Source: Escherichia coli
GTDB lineage: Bacteria > Pseudomonadota > Gammaproteobacteria > Enterobacterales > Enterobacteriaceae
Direction: 5' to 3' (one strand)
DNA: 64,000 nucleotides
Assembly: GCF_003334355.1 (NCBI RefSeq)
Contig: NZ_QOWP01000002.1
Part shown: positions 24,818-41,787 of the stretch, in pieces
Layout: every line of letters begins with the position of its first letter
Position numbering within the stretch: position 1 is the stretch's first letter
Notes under the pieces: model-generated
Database searches by the model: none
What the model saw: the letters and a program-made list of their open reading frames with translations, nothing else
What the model was told of the DNA's origin: nothing
Position numbers and translations under genes: made by a program

Positions 24818-25480
24818 ATGAAAACAAAATTGATGACATTACAAGACGCCACCGGCTTCTTTCGTGACGGCATGACCATCATGGTGGGCGGATTTATGGG
24901 GATTGGCACTCCATCCCGCCTGGTTGAAGCATTACTGGAATCTGGTGTTCGCGACCTGACATTGATAGCCAATGATACCGCGTTTGTTGATACCGGCATC
25001 GGTCCGCTCATCGTCAATGGTCGAGTCCGCAAAGTGATTGCTTCACATATCGGCACCAACCCGGAAACAGGTCGGCGCATGATATCTGGTGAGATGGACG
25101 TCGTTCTGGTGCCGCAAGGTACGCTAATCGAGCAAATTCGCTGTGGTGGAGCTGGACTTGGTGGTTTTCTCACCCCAACGGGTGTCGGCACCGTCGTAGA
25201 GGAAGGCAAACAGACACTGACACTCGACGGTAAAACCTGGCTGCTCGAACGCCCACTGCGCGCCGACCTGGCGCTAATTCGCGCTCATCGTTGCGACACA
25301 CTTGGCAACCTGACCTATCAACTTAGCGCCCGCAACTTTAACCCCCTGATAGCCCTTGCAGCTGATATCACGCTGGTAGAGCCAGATGAACTGGTCGAAA
25401 CCGGCGAGCTGCAACCTGACCATATTGTCACCCCTGGTGCCGTTATCGACCACATCATCGTTTCACAGGAGAGCAAATAA
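24818..25480 (+). CDS. atoD: Acetate/acetoacetate CoA-transferase alpha subunit
   Basis: 220-aa ORF; 3-oxoacid CoA-transferase subunit A family. Confidence 0.95.
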   Translation: MKTKLMTLQDATGFFRDGMTIMVGGFMGIGTPSRLVEALLESGVRDLTLIANDTAFVDTGIGPLIVNGRVRKVIASHIGTNPETGRRMISGEMDVVLVPQGTLIEQIRCGGAGLGGFLTPTGVGTVVEEGKQTLTLDGKTWLLERPLRADLALIRAHRCDTLGNLTYQLSARNFNPLIALAADITLVEPDELVETGELQPDHIVTPGAVIDHIIVSQESK

Positions 25481-26130
25481 TGGATGCGAAACAACGTATT
25501 GCGCGCCGTGTGGCGCAAGAGCTTCGTGATGGTGACATCGTTAACTTAGGGATCGGTTTACCCACAATGGTCGCCAATTATTTACCGGAGGGTATTCATA
25601 TCACTCTGCAATCGGAAAACGGCTTCCTCGGTTTAGGCCCGGTCACGACAGCGCATCCAGATCTGGTGAACGCTGGCGGACAACCGTGCGGTGTTTTACC
25701 CGGTGCAGCCATGTTTGATAGCGCCATGTCATTTGCGCTAATCCGTGGCGGTCATATTGATGCCTGCGTGCTCGGCGGTTTGCAAGTAGACGAAGAAGCA
25801 AACCTCGCGAACTGGGTAGTGCCTGGGAAAATGGTGCCCGGTATGGGTGGCGCGATGGATCTGGTGACCGGGTCGCGCAAAGTGATCATCGCCATGGAAC
25901 ATTGCGCCAAAGATGGTTCAGCAAAAATTTTGCGCCGCTGCACCATGCCACTCACTGCACAACATGCGGTGCATATGCTGGTTACTGAACTGGCTGTCTT
26001 TCGTTTTATTGACGGCAAAATGTGGCTCACCGAAATTGCCGACGGGTGTGATTTAGCCACCGTGCGTGCCAAAACAGAAGCTCGGTTTGAAGTCGCCGCC
26101 GATCTGAATACGCAACGGGGTGATTTATGA
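25480..26130 (+). CDS. atoA: Acetate/acetoacetate CoA-transferase beta subunit
   Basis: 216-aa ORF; start overlaps atoD stop (ATAATG). Confidence 0.95.
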   Translation: MDAKQRIARRVAQELRDGDIVNLGIGLPTMVANYLPEGIHITLQSENGFLGLGPVTTAHPDLVNAGGQPCGVLPGAAMFDSAMSFALIRGGHIDACVLGGLQVDEEANLANWVVPGKMVPGMGGAMDLVTGSRKVIIAMEHCAKDGSAKILRRCTMPLTAQHAVHMLVTELAVFRFIDGKMWLTEIADGCDLATVRAKTEARFEVAADLNTQRGDL

Positions 26131-27449
26131 TTGGTCGCATATCGCGTTTTATGACGCGTTTTGTCAGCCGGTGGCTTCCCGATCCACTGATCTTTGCCAT
26201 GTTGCTGACATTGCTAACATTCGTGATCGCGCTTTGGTTAACACCACAAACGCCGATCAGCATGGTGAAAATGTGGGGTGACGGTTTCTGGAACTTGCTG
26301 GCGTTTGGTATGCAGATGGCGCTTATCATCGTTACCGGTCATGCCCTTGCCAGCTCTGCTCCGGTGAAAAGTTTGCTGCGTACTGCCGCCTCCGCCGCAA
26401 AGACGCCCGTACAGGGCGTCATGCTGGTCACTTTCTTCGGTTCAGTCGCTTGTGTCATCAACTGGGGATTTGGTTTGGTTGTCGGCGCAATGTTTGCCCG
26501 TGAAGTCGCCCGCCGAGTACCCGGTTCTGATTATCCGTTGCTCATTGCCTGCGCCTACATTGGTTTTCTCACCTGGGGTGGCGGCTTCTCTGGCTCAATG
26601 CCTCTGTTGGCTGCAACACCGGGCAACCCGGTTGAGCATATCGCCGGGCTGATCCCGGTGGGCGATACTCTGTTCAGTGGTTTTAACATTTTCATCACTG
26701 TGGCGTTGATTGTGGTGATGCCATTTATCACCCGCATGATGATGCCAAAACCGTCTGACGTGGTGAGTATCGATCCGAAACTACTCATGGAAGAGGCTGA
26801 TTTTCAAAAGCAGCTACCGAAAGATGCCCCACCATCCGAGCGACTGGAAGAAAGCCGCATTCTGACGTTGATCATCGGCGCACTCGGTATCGCTTACCTT
26901 GCGATGTACTTCAGCGAACATGGCTTCAACATCACCATCAATACCGTCAACCTGATGTTTATGATTGCGGGTCTGCTGCTACATAAAACGCCAATGGCTT
27001 ATATGCGTGCTATCAGCGCGGCAGCACGCAGTACTGCCGGTATTCTGGTGCAATTCCCCTTCTACGCTGGGATCCAACTGATGATGGAGCATTCCGGTCT
27101 GGGCGGACTCATTACCGAATTCTTCATCAATGTTGCGAACAAAGACACCTTCCCGGTAATGACCTTTTTTAGTTCTGCACTGATTAACTTCGCCGTTCCG
27201 TCTGGCGGCGGTCACTGGGTTATTCAGGGACCTTTCGTGATACCCGCAGCCCAGGCGCTGGGCGCTGATCTCGGTAAATCGGTAATGGCGATCGCCTACG
27301 GCGAGCAATGGATGAACATGGCACAACCATTCTGGGCGCTGCCAGCACTGGCAATCGCCGGACTCGGTGTCCGCGACATCATGGGCTACTGCATCACTGC
27401 CCTGCTCTTCTCCGGTGTCATTTTCGTCATTGGTTTAACGCTGTTCTGA
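26127..27449 (+). CDS. atoE: Short-chain fatty acid transporter AtoE
   Basis: 440-aa polytopic membrane protein; overlaps atoA stop. Confidence 0.93.
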   Translation: MIGRISRFMTRFVSRWLPDPLIFAMLLTLLTFVIALWLTPQTPISMVKMWGDGFWNLLAFGMQMALIIVTGHALASSAPVKSLLRTAASAAKTPVQGVMLVTFFGSVACVINWGFGLVVGAMFAREVARRVPGSDYPLLIACAYIGFLTWGGGFSGSMPLLAATPGNPVEHIAGLIPVGDTLFSGFNIFITVALIVVMPFITRMMMPKPSDVVSIDPKLLMEEADFQKQLPKDAPPSERLEESRILTLIIGALGIAYLAMYFSEHGFNITINTVNLMFMIAGLLLHKTPMAYMRAISAAARSTAGILVQFPFYAGIQLMMEHSGLGGLITEFFINVANKDTFPVMTFFSSALINFAVPSGGGHWVIQGPFVIPAAQALGADLGKSVMAIAYGEQWMNMAQPFWALPALAIAGLGVRDIMGYCITALLFSGVIFVIGLTLF

Positions 27450-27479
27450 CGGCACCCCTACAAACAGAAGGAATATAAA

Positions 27480-28664
27480 ATGAAAAATTGTGTCATCGTC
27501 AGTGCGGTACGTACTGCTATCGGTAGTTTTAACGGTTCACTCGCTTCCACCAGCGCCATCGACCTGGGGGCGACAGTAATTAAAGCCGCCATTGAACGTG
27601 CAAAAATCGATTCACAACACGTTGATGAAGTGATTATGGGTAACGTGTTACAAGCCGGGCTGGGGCAAAATCCGGCGCGTCAGGCACTGTTAAAAAGCGG
27701 GCTGGCAGAAACGGTGTGCGGATTCACGGTCAATAAAGTATGTGGTTCGGGTCTTAAAAGTGTGGCGCTTGCCGCCCAGGCCATTCAGGCAGGTCAGGCG
27801 CAGAGCATTGTGGCGGGGGGTATGGAAAATATGAGTTTAGCCCCCTACTTACTCGATGCAAAAGCACGCTCTGGTTATCGTCTTGGAGACGGACAGGTTT
27901 ATGACGTAATCCTGCGCGATGGCCTGATGTGCGCCACCCATGGTTATCATATGGGGATTACCGCCGAAAACGTGGCTAAAGAGTACGGAATTACCCGTGA
28001 AATGCAGGATGAACTGGCGCTACATTCACAGCGTAAAGCGGCAGCCGCAATTGAGTCCGGTGCTTTTACAGCCGAAATCGTCCCGGTAAATGTTGTCACT
28101 CGAAAGAAAACCTTCGTCTTCAGTCAAGACGAATTCCCGAAAGCGAATTCAACGGCTGAAGCGTTAGGTGCATTGCGCCCGGCCTTCGATAAAGCAGGAA
28201 CAGTCACCGCTGGGAACGCGTCTGGTATTAACGACGGTGCTGCCGCTCTGGTGATTATGGAAGAATCTGCGGCGCTGGCAGCAGGCCTTACCCCCCTGGC
28301 TCGCATTAAAAGTTATGCCAGCGGTGGCGTGCCCCCCGCATTGATGGGTATGGGGCCAGTACCTGCCACGCAAAAAGCGTTACAACTGGCGGGGCTGCAA
28401 CTGGCAGACATTGATCTCATCGAAGCTAATGAAGCATTTGCTGCACAGTTCCTTGCCGTTGGGAAAACCTTGGGCTTTGATCCTGAGAAAGTGAATGTCA
28501 ACGGCGGGGCCATCGCGCTCGGGCATCCTATCGGTGCCAGTGGTGCTCGTATTCTGGTCACACTATTACATGCCATGCAGGCACGCGATAAAACGCTGGG
28601 GCTGGCAACACTGTGCATTGGTGGCGGCCAGGGAATTGCGATGGTGATTGAACGGTTGAATTAA
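27480..28664 (+). CDS. atoB: Acetyl-CoA acetyltransferase (thiolase II)
   Basis: 394-aa ORF; thiolase motifs (VNKVCGSG, C-terminal [12 protein letters not shown]). Confidence 0.95.
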   Translation: MKNCVIVSAVRTAIGSFNGSLASTSAIDLGATVIKAAIERAKIDSQHVDEVIMGNVLQAGLGQNPARQALLKSGLAETVCGFTVNKVCGSGLKSVALAAQAIQAGQAQSIVAGGMENMSLAPYLLDAKARSGYRLGDGQVYDVILRDGLMCATHGYHMGITAENVAKEYGITREMQDELALHSQRKAAAAIESGAFTAEIVPVNVVTRKKTFVFSQDEFPKANSTAEALGALRPAFDKAGTVTAGNASGINDGAAALVIMEESAALAAGLTPLARIKSYASGGVPPALMGMGPVPATQKALQLAGLQLADIDLIEANEAFAAQFLAVGKTLGFDPEKVNVNGGAIALGHPIGASGARILVTLLHAMQARDKTLGLATLCIGGGQGIAMVIERLN

Positions 28665-28669
28665 CGAAC

Positions 28670-28708
28670 AAAAACGCCCGATAGCGAAAGTTATCGGGCG
28701 TTTTCTTG
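28670..28708. terminator. Bidirectional rho-independent terminator between atoB and convergent yfaP
   Basis: aaaaACGCCCGATAgcgaaagtTATCGGGCGTtttctt: 10-bp perfect stem with T-run on the plus strand and A-run upstream (a T-run for the minus strand). Confidence 0.7.
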
Positions 28709-28737
28709 AACATCGACAGCGAAGGTAACCCCATTAA

Positions 28738-29514
28738 TCACCAGTCAAAACTTTTCACCAGCGTCAGCTCGCCAGCATTACGCATCGGTACAATAAATGT
28801 TTCCTGTTTCTCATTGACCGATCCTTCATCGGTGATCAGCGTCAGTTGGGCGGTGGTTAATTCCGTTTCGCTGCGTCCGCCATAGTAGTTGATATACACT
28901 TGATAGCGTCCGTGAACTGGCGCTGGCATGGCGAAAATCTCGGGTCCGTACCCCGTCGTGACATCCATATCCAGTGCACCACTGTTTTTCAGCACCGTGT
29001 TACCGTACCAGGCGTGTTCGCCATCGGGCGTGACAACATGGAGATCGAGATCGGTATTGTCCGTATCCCACGAGAGAACCAGCCGTAAACGTGCACGAAT
29101 CGTTCCTGTACCCGGCGTTGAGTAAAACTGCATTTTTTGTCGGCTTTGCCCATCCGGGCTGATGACCTGCACGCTGTTGCTGCCTTCAGTGAAAATATAA
29201 GGGCGTGCAAATGAACCATCGGATTCAATTCTCTGCGGCATACTGGCACCGTTGACCACCAGCCGGCCCTGCTGAACTTTACCCGCCGCAGCATAATTCT
29301 TTATTTTGCCGCGGATCTGCGCTGAGATATTTTGATCATCTGCCATGTTGACGGACGACGCCGGGTAATTGATCGATTGTGAAAAACTGGCATCTTCGCC
29401 CTCTACCGGATGCCAGCCAGAGAGCGGTGCGTCAATCTCGACTTCCTGCACACCTTCACTGTGAGCGACAGGCGAAAGTGCCACCAGTAACAACGGAAGA
29501 AAAATCTTTCGCAT
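28738..29514 (-). CDS. yfaP: Exported protein YfaP (DUF2135 family), last gene of the yfaA-T-S-Q-P operon
   Basis: 258-aa ORF with Sec signal peptide (MRKIFLPLLLVALSPVAHSEG); 4 nt downstream of yfaQ. Confidence 0.85.
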   Translation of the reverse strand: MRKIFLPLLLVALSPVAHSEGVQEVEIDAPLSGWHPVEGEDASFSQSINYPASSVNMADDQNISAQIRGKIKNYAAAGKVQQGRLVVNGASMPQRIESDGSFARPYIFTEGSNSVQVISPDGQSRQKMQFYSTPGTGTIRARLRLVLSWDTDNTDLDLHVVTPDGEHAWYGNTVLKNSGALDMDVTTGYGPEIFAMPAPVHGRYQVYINYYGGRSETELTTAQLTLITDEGSVNEKQETFIVPMRNAGELTLVKSFDW

Positions 29515-29518
29515 AGCA

Positions 29519-31168
29519 TTAGTCCATTAATAATTGTCGGGTCAGCGTTTCGATATAGTTCTCATCAAGCCCGGTGGGATAACCATCAAAGGCCAGGTGC
29601 AGATACTCATGGGTTAAATCCAGCCGATCCTGAAGCGTAAAGAAGTTACGAATAAACAGCCGTTTCTGCTGCCGATCGGTATAGGGGAAACCTGAGACTA
29701 AACGGCAAACCGCAAACACGTCTGGTTCGTTGTACCCCGTCTCAGCTTGTAATATACGCCGCCACTGCGGCATTTTTTTCGCCAGCCAGGCTTTCGCTTT
29801 GGGTAATAACTGGCAGGTTGAGCGTGGCGCTCCCCAGCGGCTAAGGCTGTTGTCGGGATAAGCAAACGCGAGTATCTGGTCGTAACGCTCTCCCTGCCCC
29901 GCCTGGGCCGTGGCTTGCCGCCAGGAAAGCGTCCCTTCGGTAGCGCGACTGCCATGATAATGAACCGGATCGCCCGCATAGATGAGATCCTGCGTCCAGG
30001 CGGCCATCGTTCGCGCCCCCGTCGTAGCTGGCGAAGCCGAAACACGCTGCGTGGCGCTGCTGTCAGGGATGGTCAGGCAATCGCCTTCCCGATTGGCGTT
30101 TTGCTGTAAAAAAGTGCGAATCGCCACGGTCATGGCTTTCGCTGCCTCAGGGGGCGTACTTTTCGCCTCGCGATCCAGAACTCTGGCAACGTACTCTTCA
30201 CGATCGAGATGTGACTGCAATTTCAGTTTGCCCTTTTCGCTCAGTAAGGTCGTCTCACCGTGGCTGACAAACGTAATGTGGTTACCATTAGTAAACGTCA
30301 CACGATAGCGCCCATTAAGTACGCCGGGTTTTACTGCCGTCGTACTCTTTTCCGCTGTGATTTTCTTCAGCGGATAGCGGGCAAACAGCTCCACCTCTAC
30401 ACATTGCCCACTGGCAACCTGCGTCGGCACTGGCAAAACCCGATTAAGCACCGTCGCATAACGGGTTAGTACCGTTTTGCTGGTGCCACTGCCAGTAACC
30501 CACAGCGGTGTACCATCGGTTAACCAGCCAGCAAAACCACCCTGGCGGATTTCCTGTTTATCATCGGCAAACCAGCTCCAGGTTTTCACCCGTACCCGAC
30601 TACCGAGCATGGATGCGACACCGATTTTCGCCTCGTCCAGCACCACATCCAGTAAGACTTCCTGAGCTTTGTTTTGCGCAGGTAACGTCGCTAATGAATC
30701 GAGCAGCGATTTAACCGTTACCGAGGTTTCTGGCTTCAGCGTTGTAAGAGACGCTAACCACGCAGGTGCCTGACGCTGTTGCCAGTATTGCCCCCACACA
30801 TCTGCGCCAATATGCAACCGCTGCGGCGCAAAATAGAGCCCACAGGAACGTACCAGCGCGGTATCGCGCGTTATGCTCTCCCCAGCCTGACAACAATAAA
30901 CCTCTTCCGGGGAGTTTCCGCGACACTGGTAGGGCTGCTCCGGTTGATGGGTATCCTCCAGCCAGGCGTAAACATACAGTTTCCACAAACTCCCTAACGG
31001 CGTGGTGAGCGAGTCAGGTAATGCTGAGACTTTGGTCACGCCTGATGACGACAGCTGATACAGTTGATCGTGCTGCGCACCGCGCAGCACCAGTTGTAAC
31101 GGCGTCTCCTCCGCAAGCGTTGGCAGAGTAACCAACGCCAATAGCCAGACGATTCTGCGCCAGTTCAC
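29519..31168 (-). CDS. yfaQ: Exported protein YfaQ (DUF2300 family)
   Basis: 549-aa ORF with signal peptide (MNWRRIVWLLALVTLPTLAEE); abuts the yfaS stop. Confidence 0.85.
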   Translation of the reverse strand: MNWRRIVWLLALVTLPTLAEETPLQLVLRGAQHDQLYQLSSSGVTKVSALPDSLTTPLGSLWKLYVYAWLEDTHQPEQPYQCRGNSPEEVYCCQAGESITRDTALVRSCGLYFAPQRLHIGADVWGQYWQQRQAPAWLASLTTLKPETSVTVKSLLDSLATLPAQNKAQEVLLDVVLDEAKIGVASMLGSRVRVKTWSWFADDKQEIRQGGFAGWLTDGTPLWVTGSGTSKTVLTRYATVLNRVLPVPTQVASGQCVEVELFARYPLKKITAEKSTTAVKPGVLNGRYRVTFTNGNHITFVSHGETTLLSEKGKLKLQSHLDREEYVARVLDREAKSTPPEAAKAMTVAIRTFLQQNANREGDCLTIPDSSATQRVSASPATTGARTMAAWTQDLIYAGDPVHYHGSRATEGTLSWRQATAQAGQGERYDQILAFAYPDNSLSRWGAPRSTCQLLPKAKAWLAKKMPQWRRILQAETGYNEPDVFAVCRLVSGFPYTDRQQKRLFIRNFFTLQDRLDLTHEYLHLAFDGYPTGLDENYIETLTRQLLMD

Positions 31169-38015
<6,847 letters not shown>

Positions 38016-38125
38016 TGCCACATTCCTTGTGTATAGCCAGCCATTTTTTACGGGCACAGCCAAACTTTACCGTGCCCTAATACGACAAAAGCCCAGACTT
38101 TGCAGCCTGGACTTTTCAATTCAAA

Positions 38126-38150
38126 CAAGGGAGATAGCTCCCTTTTGGCA
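38126..38150 (-). terminator. Candidate rho-independent terminator after gyrA
   Basis: GGGAGatagCTCCC hairpin about 20 nt downstream of the gyrA stop; on the minus strand it is followed by the T-rich TTGTTTG. Confidence 0.5.
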
Positions 38151-38163
38151 TGAAGAAGTAAAA

Positions 38164-40791
38164 TTATTCTTCTTCTGGCTCGTCGTCAACGTCCACTTCC
38201 GGAGCGATTTCATCGTCCCCTTCCGCGGCACTGCCGTCGATGGTATCCAGATCTTCCTCGTCAACCGGTTCAGCAACACGTTGCAGACCCACTACGTTTT
38301 CATCTTCCGCAGTACGGATGAGGATCACGCCCTGGGTGTTACGGCCCACGATGCTGATTTCCGAAACGCGAGTACGTACCAGCGTACCGGCATCGGTGAT
38401 CATCATGATCTGGTCGCAGTCATCTACCTGTACCGCGCCAACAACTAAACCGTTACGTTCGGTAACCTTGATGGAGATAACCCCTTTCGTCGCACGCGAC
38501 TTGGTTGGGTATTCCGCCACTGCGGTACGTTTACCGTAACCGTTTTGCGTTGCGGTGAGGATTGCGCCATCGCCACGAGGCACGATCAGAGAGACGACTT
38601 TATCGCCTTCACCTAAGCGAATACCGCGAACACCGGTGGTGTTGCAGCCCATCGCACGGACAGAAGACTCTTTAAAGCGCACCACTTTACCTTCAGCGGA
38701 GAACAGCATTACTTCGTCTTCGCCGCTGGTCAGGTCAACGCCGATCAGCTCATCGCCGTCAACCAGTTTGATCGCCACTTTACCGGCGGTACGCAGACGG
38801 TTGAACTCGGTGAGGACAGTTTTCTTCACGGTACCGTTAGCGGTCGCCATGAAGACTTTCACGCCTTCTTCAAACTCGGTCACTGGCAGGATCGCAGTGA
38901 TACGTTCGTCCTGCTCCAGCGGCAGCAGGTTGACGATCGGACGACCGCGCGCGCCACGAGTGGCTTCCGGCAACTGATAAACTTTCATCGAATAGACGCG
39001 ACCACGGCTGGAGAAGCACAGAATATGGTCGTGAGTGTTCGCCACCAGCAGTCGGTCGATAAAGTCTTCTTCTTTAATACGTGCGGCAGATTTACCTTTC
39101 CCGCCACGACGCTGCGCTTCGTATTCAGAAAGCGGCTGATACTTAACGTAGCCCTGGTGAGAGAGCGTCACTACCACATCTTCCTGAGTGATCAGATCTT
39201 CCAGGTTGATGTCTGCGCTGTTGGCGGTGATTTCAGTACGACGTTTGTCACCGAACTGTTCACGAACCAGCTCCAGTTCTTCACGGATCACTTCCATCAA
39301 ACGATCGGCGCTACCAAGAATACGCAACAGTTCCGCGATCTGATCCAGCAGCTCTTTGTATTCGTCGAGCAGTTTTTCGTGCTCAAGGCCGGTCAGTTTC
39401 TGCAAACGCAGATCCAGAATCGCCTGAGCTTGCTGTTCGGTCAGGTAGTACAGACCATCACGCACGCCGAACTCTGGCTCCAGCCATTCCGGACGCGCAG
39501 CATCGTCGCCAGCACGTTCGAGCATCGCGGCAACGTTGCCCAGCTGCCACGGATTAGCAACCAGCGCAGTTTTCGCTTCTGCAGGCGTCGGCGCATGACG
39601 GATCAGTTCGATGATCGGGTCGATGTTCGCCAGCGCCACGGCTAATGCTTCAAGGATATGAGCACGATCGCGAGCTTTACGCAGTTCGAAAATAGTACGA
39701 CGGGTCACCACTTCACGGCGGTGACGAACAAACGCCGCGATGATGTCTTTCAGGTTCATGATCTTCGGCTGACCATGGTGCAATGCCACCATGTTGATAC
39801 CGAAAGAAACCTGCAACTGGGTCTGGGAGTAGAGGTTGTTGAGCACAACTTCACCGACCGCATCGCGTTTCACTTCAATCACGATGCGCATACCGTCTTT
39901 GTCAGACTCGTCACGCAGCGCGCTGATGCCTTCCACGCGTTTTTCTTTTACCAGTTCCGCAATCTTCTCGATCAGGCGCGCTTTGTTTACCTGATACGGA
40001 ATTTCGTGGACGATAATGGTTTCACGACCGGTTTTGGCGTCAACTTCCACTTCTGCGCGAGCGCGGATATACACCTTGCCGCGACCGGTACGGTAAGCTT
40101 CTTCAATACCGCGACGACCGTTAATGATTGCCGCCGTCGGGAAGTCCGGCCCCGGGATGTGTTCCATCAGCCCTTCAATGCTGATGTCTTCATCATCGAT
40201 ATACGCCAGACAACCGTTGATGACTTCCGTCAGGTTGTGCGGCGGGATGTTGGTTGCCATACCTACGGCGATACCGGAAGAACCGTTCACCAGCAGGTTA
40301 GGAATTTTGGTTGGCATGACGTCGGGAATTTTTTCCGTGCCGTCATAGTTATCAACGAAATCGACCGTCTCTTTTTCGAGATCGGCCATCAGTTCATGGG
40401 CAATTTTCGCCAGACGGATTTCCGTATAACGCATTGCCGCCGCAGAGTCGCCGTCGATGGAACCGAAGTTACCCTGACCGTCTACCAGCATGTAACGCAG
40501 CGAGAATGGCTGCGCCATACGGACGATCGTGTCATAAACCGCCGAGTCACCATGGGGATGGTATTTACCGATTACGTCACCAACGACACGGGCAGATTTT
40601 TTATAGGCTTTGTTCCAGTCATTGCCTAGTACGTTCATGGCGTAAAGTACGCGACGGTGTACCGGCTTCAGGCCATCTCGGACATCTGGCAGCGCACGGC
40701 CAACAATGACCGACATCGCATAATCCAGATAGGAGCTCTTCAGCTCTTCCTCAATGTTGACCGGTGTAATTTCTCTCGCAAGGTCGCTCAT
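38164..40791 (-). CDS. gyrA: DNA gyrase subunit A
   Basis: 875-aa ORF; active-site region and QRDR ([11 protein letters not shown]) present; acidic C-terminal tail. Confidence 0.97.
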
Positions 40792-40937
40792 CTAACCGCT
40801 ATCCCTCTACTGTATCCCGGATTCAAAGGTCGCAAATTATAACACAGCCGCGCAGTTTGAGGTAAACCTATACGCTTTATTCACATCCAATGCCTGATAT
40901 ACTCGTTTGTCTTGCCAATTACGGAGTAGAAGTGCCA

Positions 40938-41660
40938 ATGAATGCCGAAAAATCGCCGGAAAACCATAACGTAGACCACGAAGAGATCGCTAAATTTGAA
41001 GCCGTCGCCTCCCGCTGGTGGGATCTTGAAGGTGAGTTCAAACCGTTGCACCGCATTAACCCGCTGCGTCTGGGCTATATTGCCGAGCGTGCTGGCGGTT
41101 TATTTGGCAAAAAGGTGCTCGATGTCGGTTGTGGCGGCGGCATTCTGGCCGAGAGTATGGCGCGCGAAGGCGCGACGGTGACCGGTCTGGATATGGGCTT
41201 TGAGCCATTGCAGGTGGCAAAACTGCACGCGCTGGAAAGCGGCATTCAGGTGGATTATGTGCAGGAAACCGTGGAAGAGCACGCGGCAAAACATGCCGGG
41301 CAGTATGATGTGGTGACCTGCATGGAGATGCTGGAGCACGTCCCCGATCCGCAGTCAGTGGTCAGAGCCTGTGCGCAACTGGTGAAACCAGGCGGCGATG
41401 TCTTTTTCTCGACACTTAACCGCAACGGCAAGTCATGGCTGATGGCGGTGGTTGGTGCGGAATATATTTTGCGCATGGTGCCCAAAGGCACGCATGATGT
41501 GAAGAAGTTTATTAAACCGGCAGAATTGCTGGGCTGGGTGGATCAGACCAGTTTAAAAGAGCGGCATATCACTGGGCTGCATTACAACCCGATCACTAAT
41601 ACTTTTAAACTCGGCCCCGGCGTGGATGTGAACTATATGCTGCACACGCAGAATAAGTGA
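40938..41660 (+). CDS. ubiG: Ubiquinone biosynthesis O-methyltransferase UbiG
   Basis: 240-aa protein [16 protein letters not shown]... from an internal ATG; SAM-binding motif [11 protein letters not shown]. Confidence 0.93.
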   Translation: MNAEKSPENHNVDHEEIAKFEAVASRWWDLEGEFKPLHRINPLRLGYIAERAGGLFGKKVLDVGCGGGILAESMAREGATVTGLDMGFEPLQVAKLHALESGIQVDYVQETVEEHAAKHAGQYDVVTCMEMLEHVPDPQSVVRACAQLVKPGGDVFFSTLNRNGKSWLMAVVGAEYILRMVPKGTHDVKKFIKPAELLGWVDQTSLKERHITGLHYNPITNTFKLGPGVDVNYMLHTQNK

Positions 41661-41664
41661 GGTT

Positions 41665-41785
<121 letters not shown>

Positions 41786-41787
41786 GA

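Noticed and set aside
39658-40629. 323-aa plus-strand ORF (and the 206-aa ORF at 39025-39645)
   Set aside because: Antisense within gyrA; shadow ORFs
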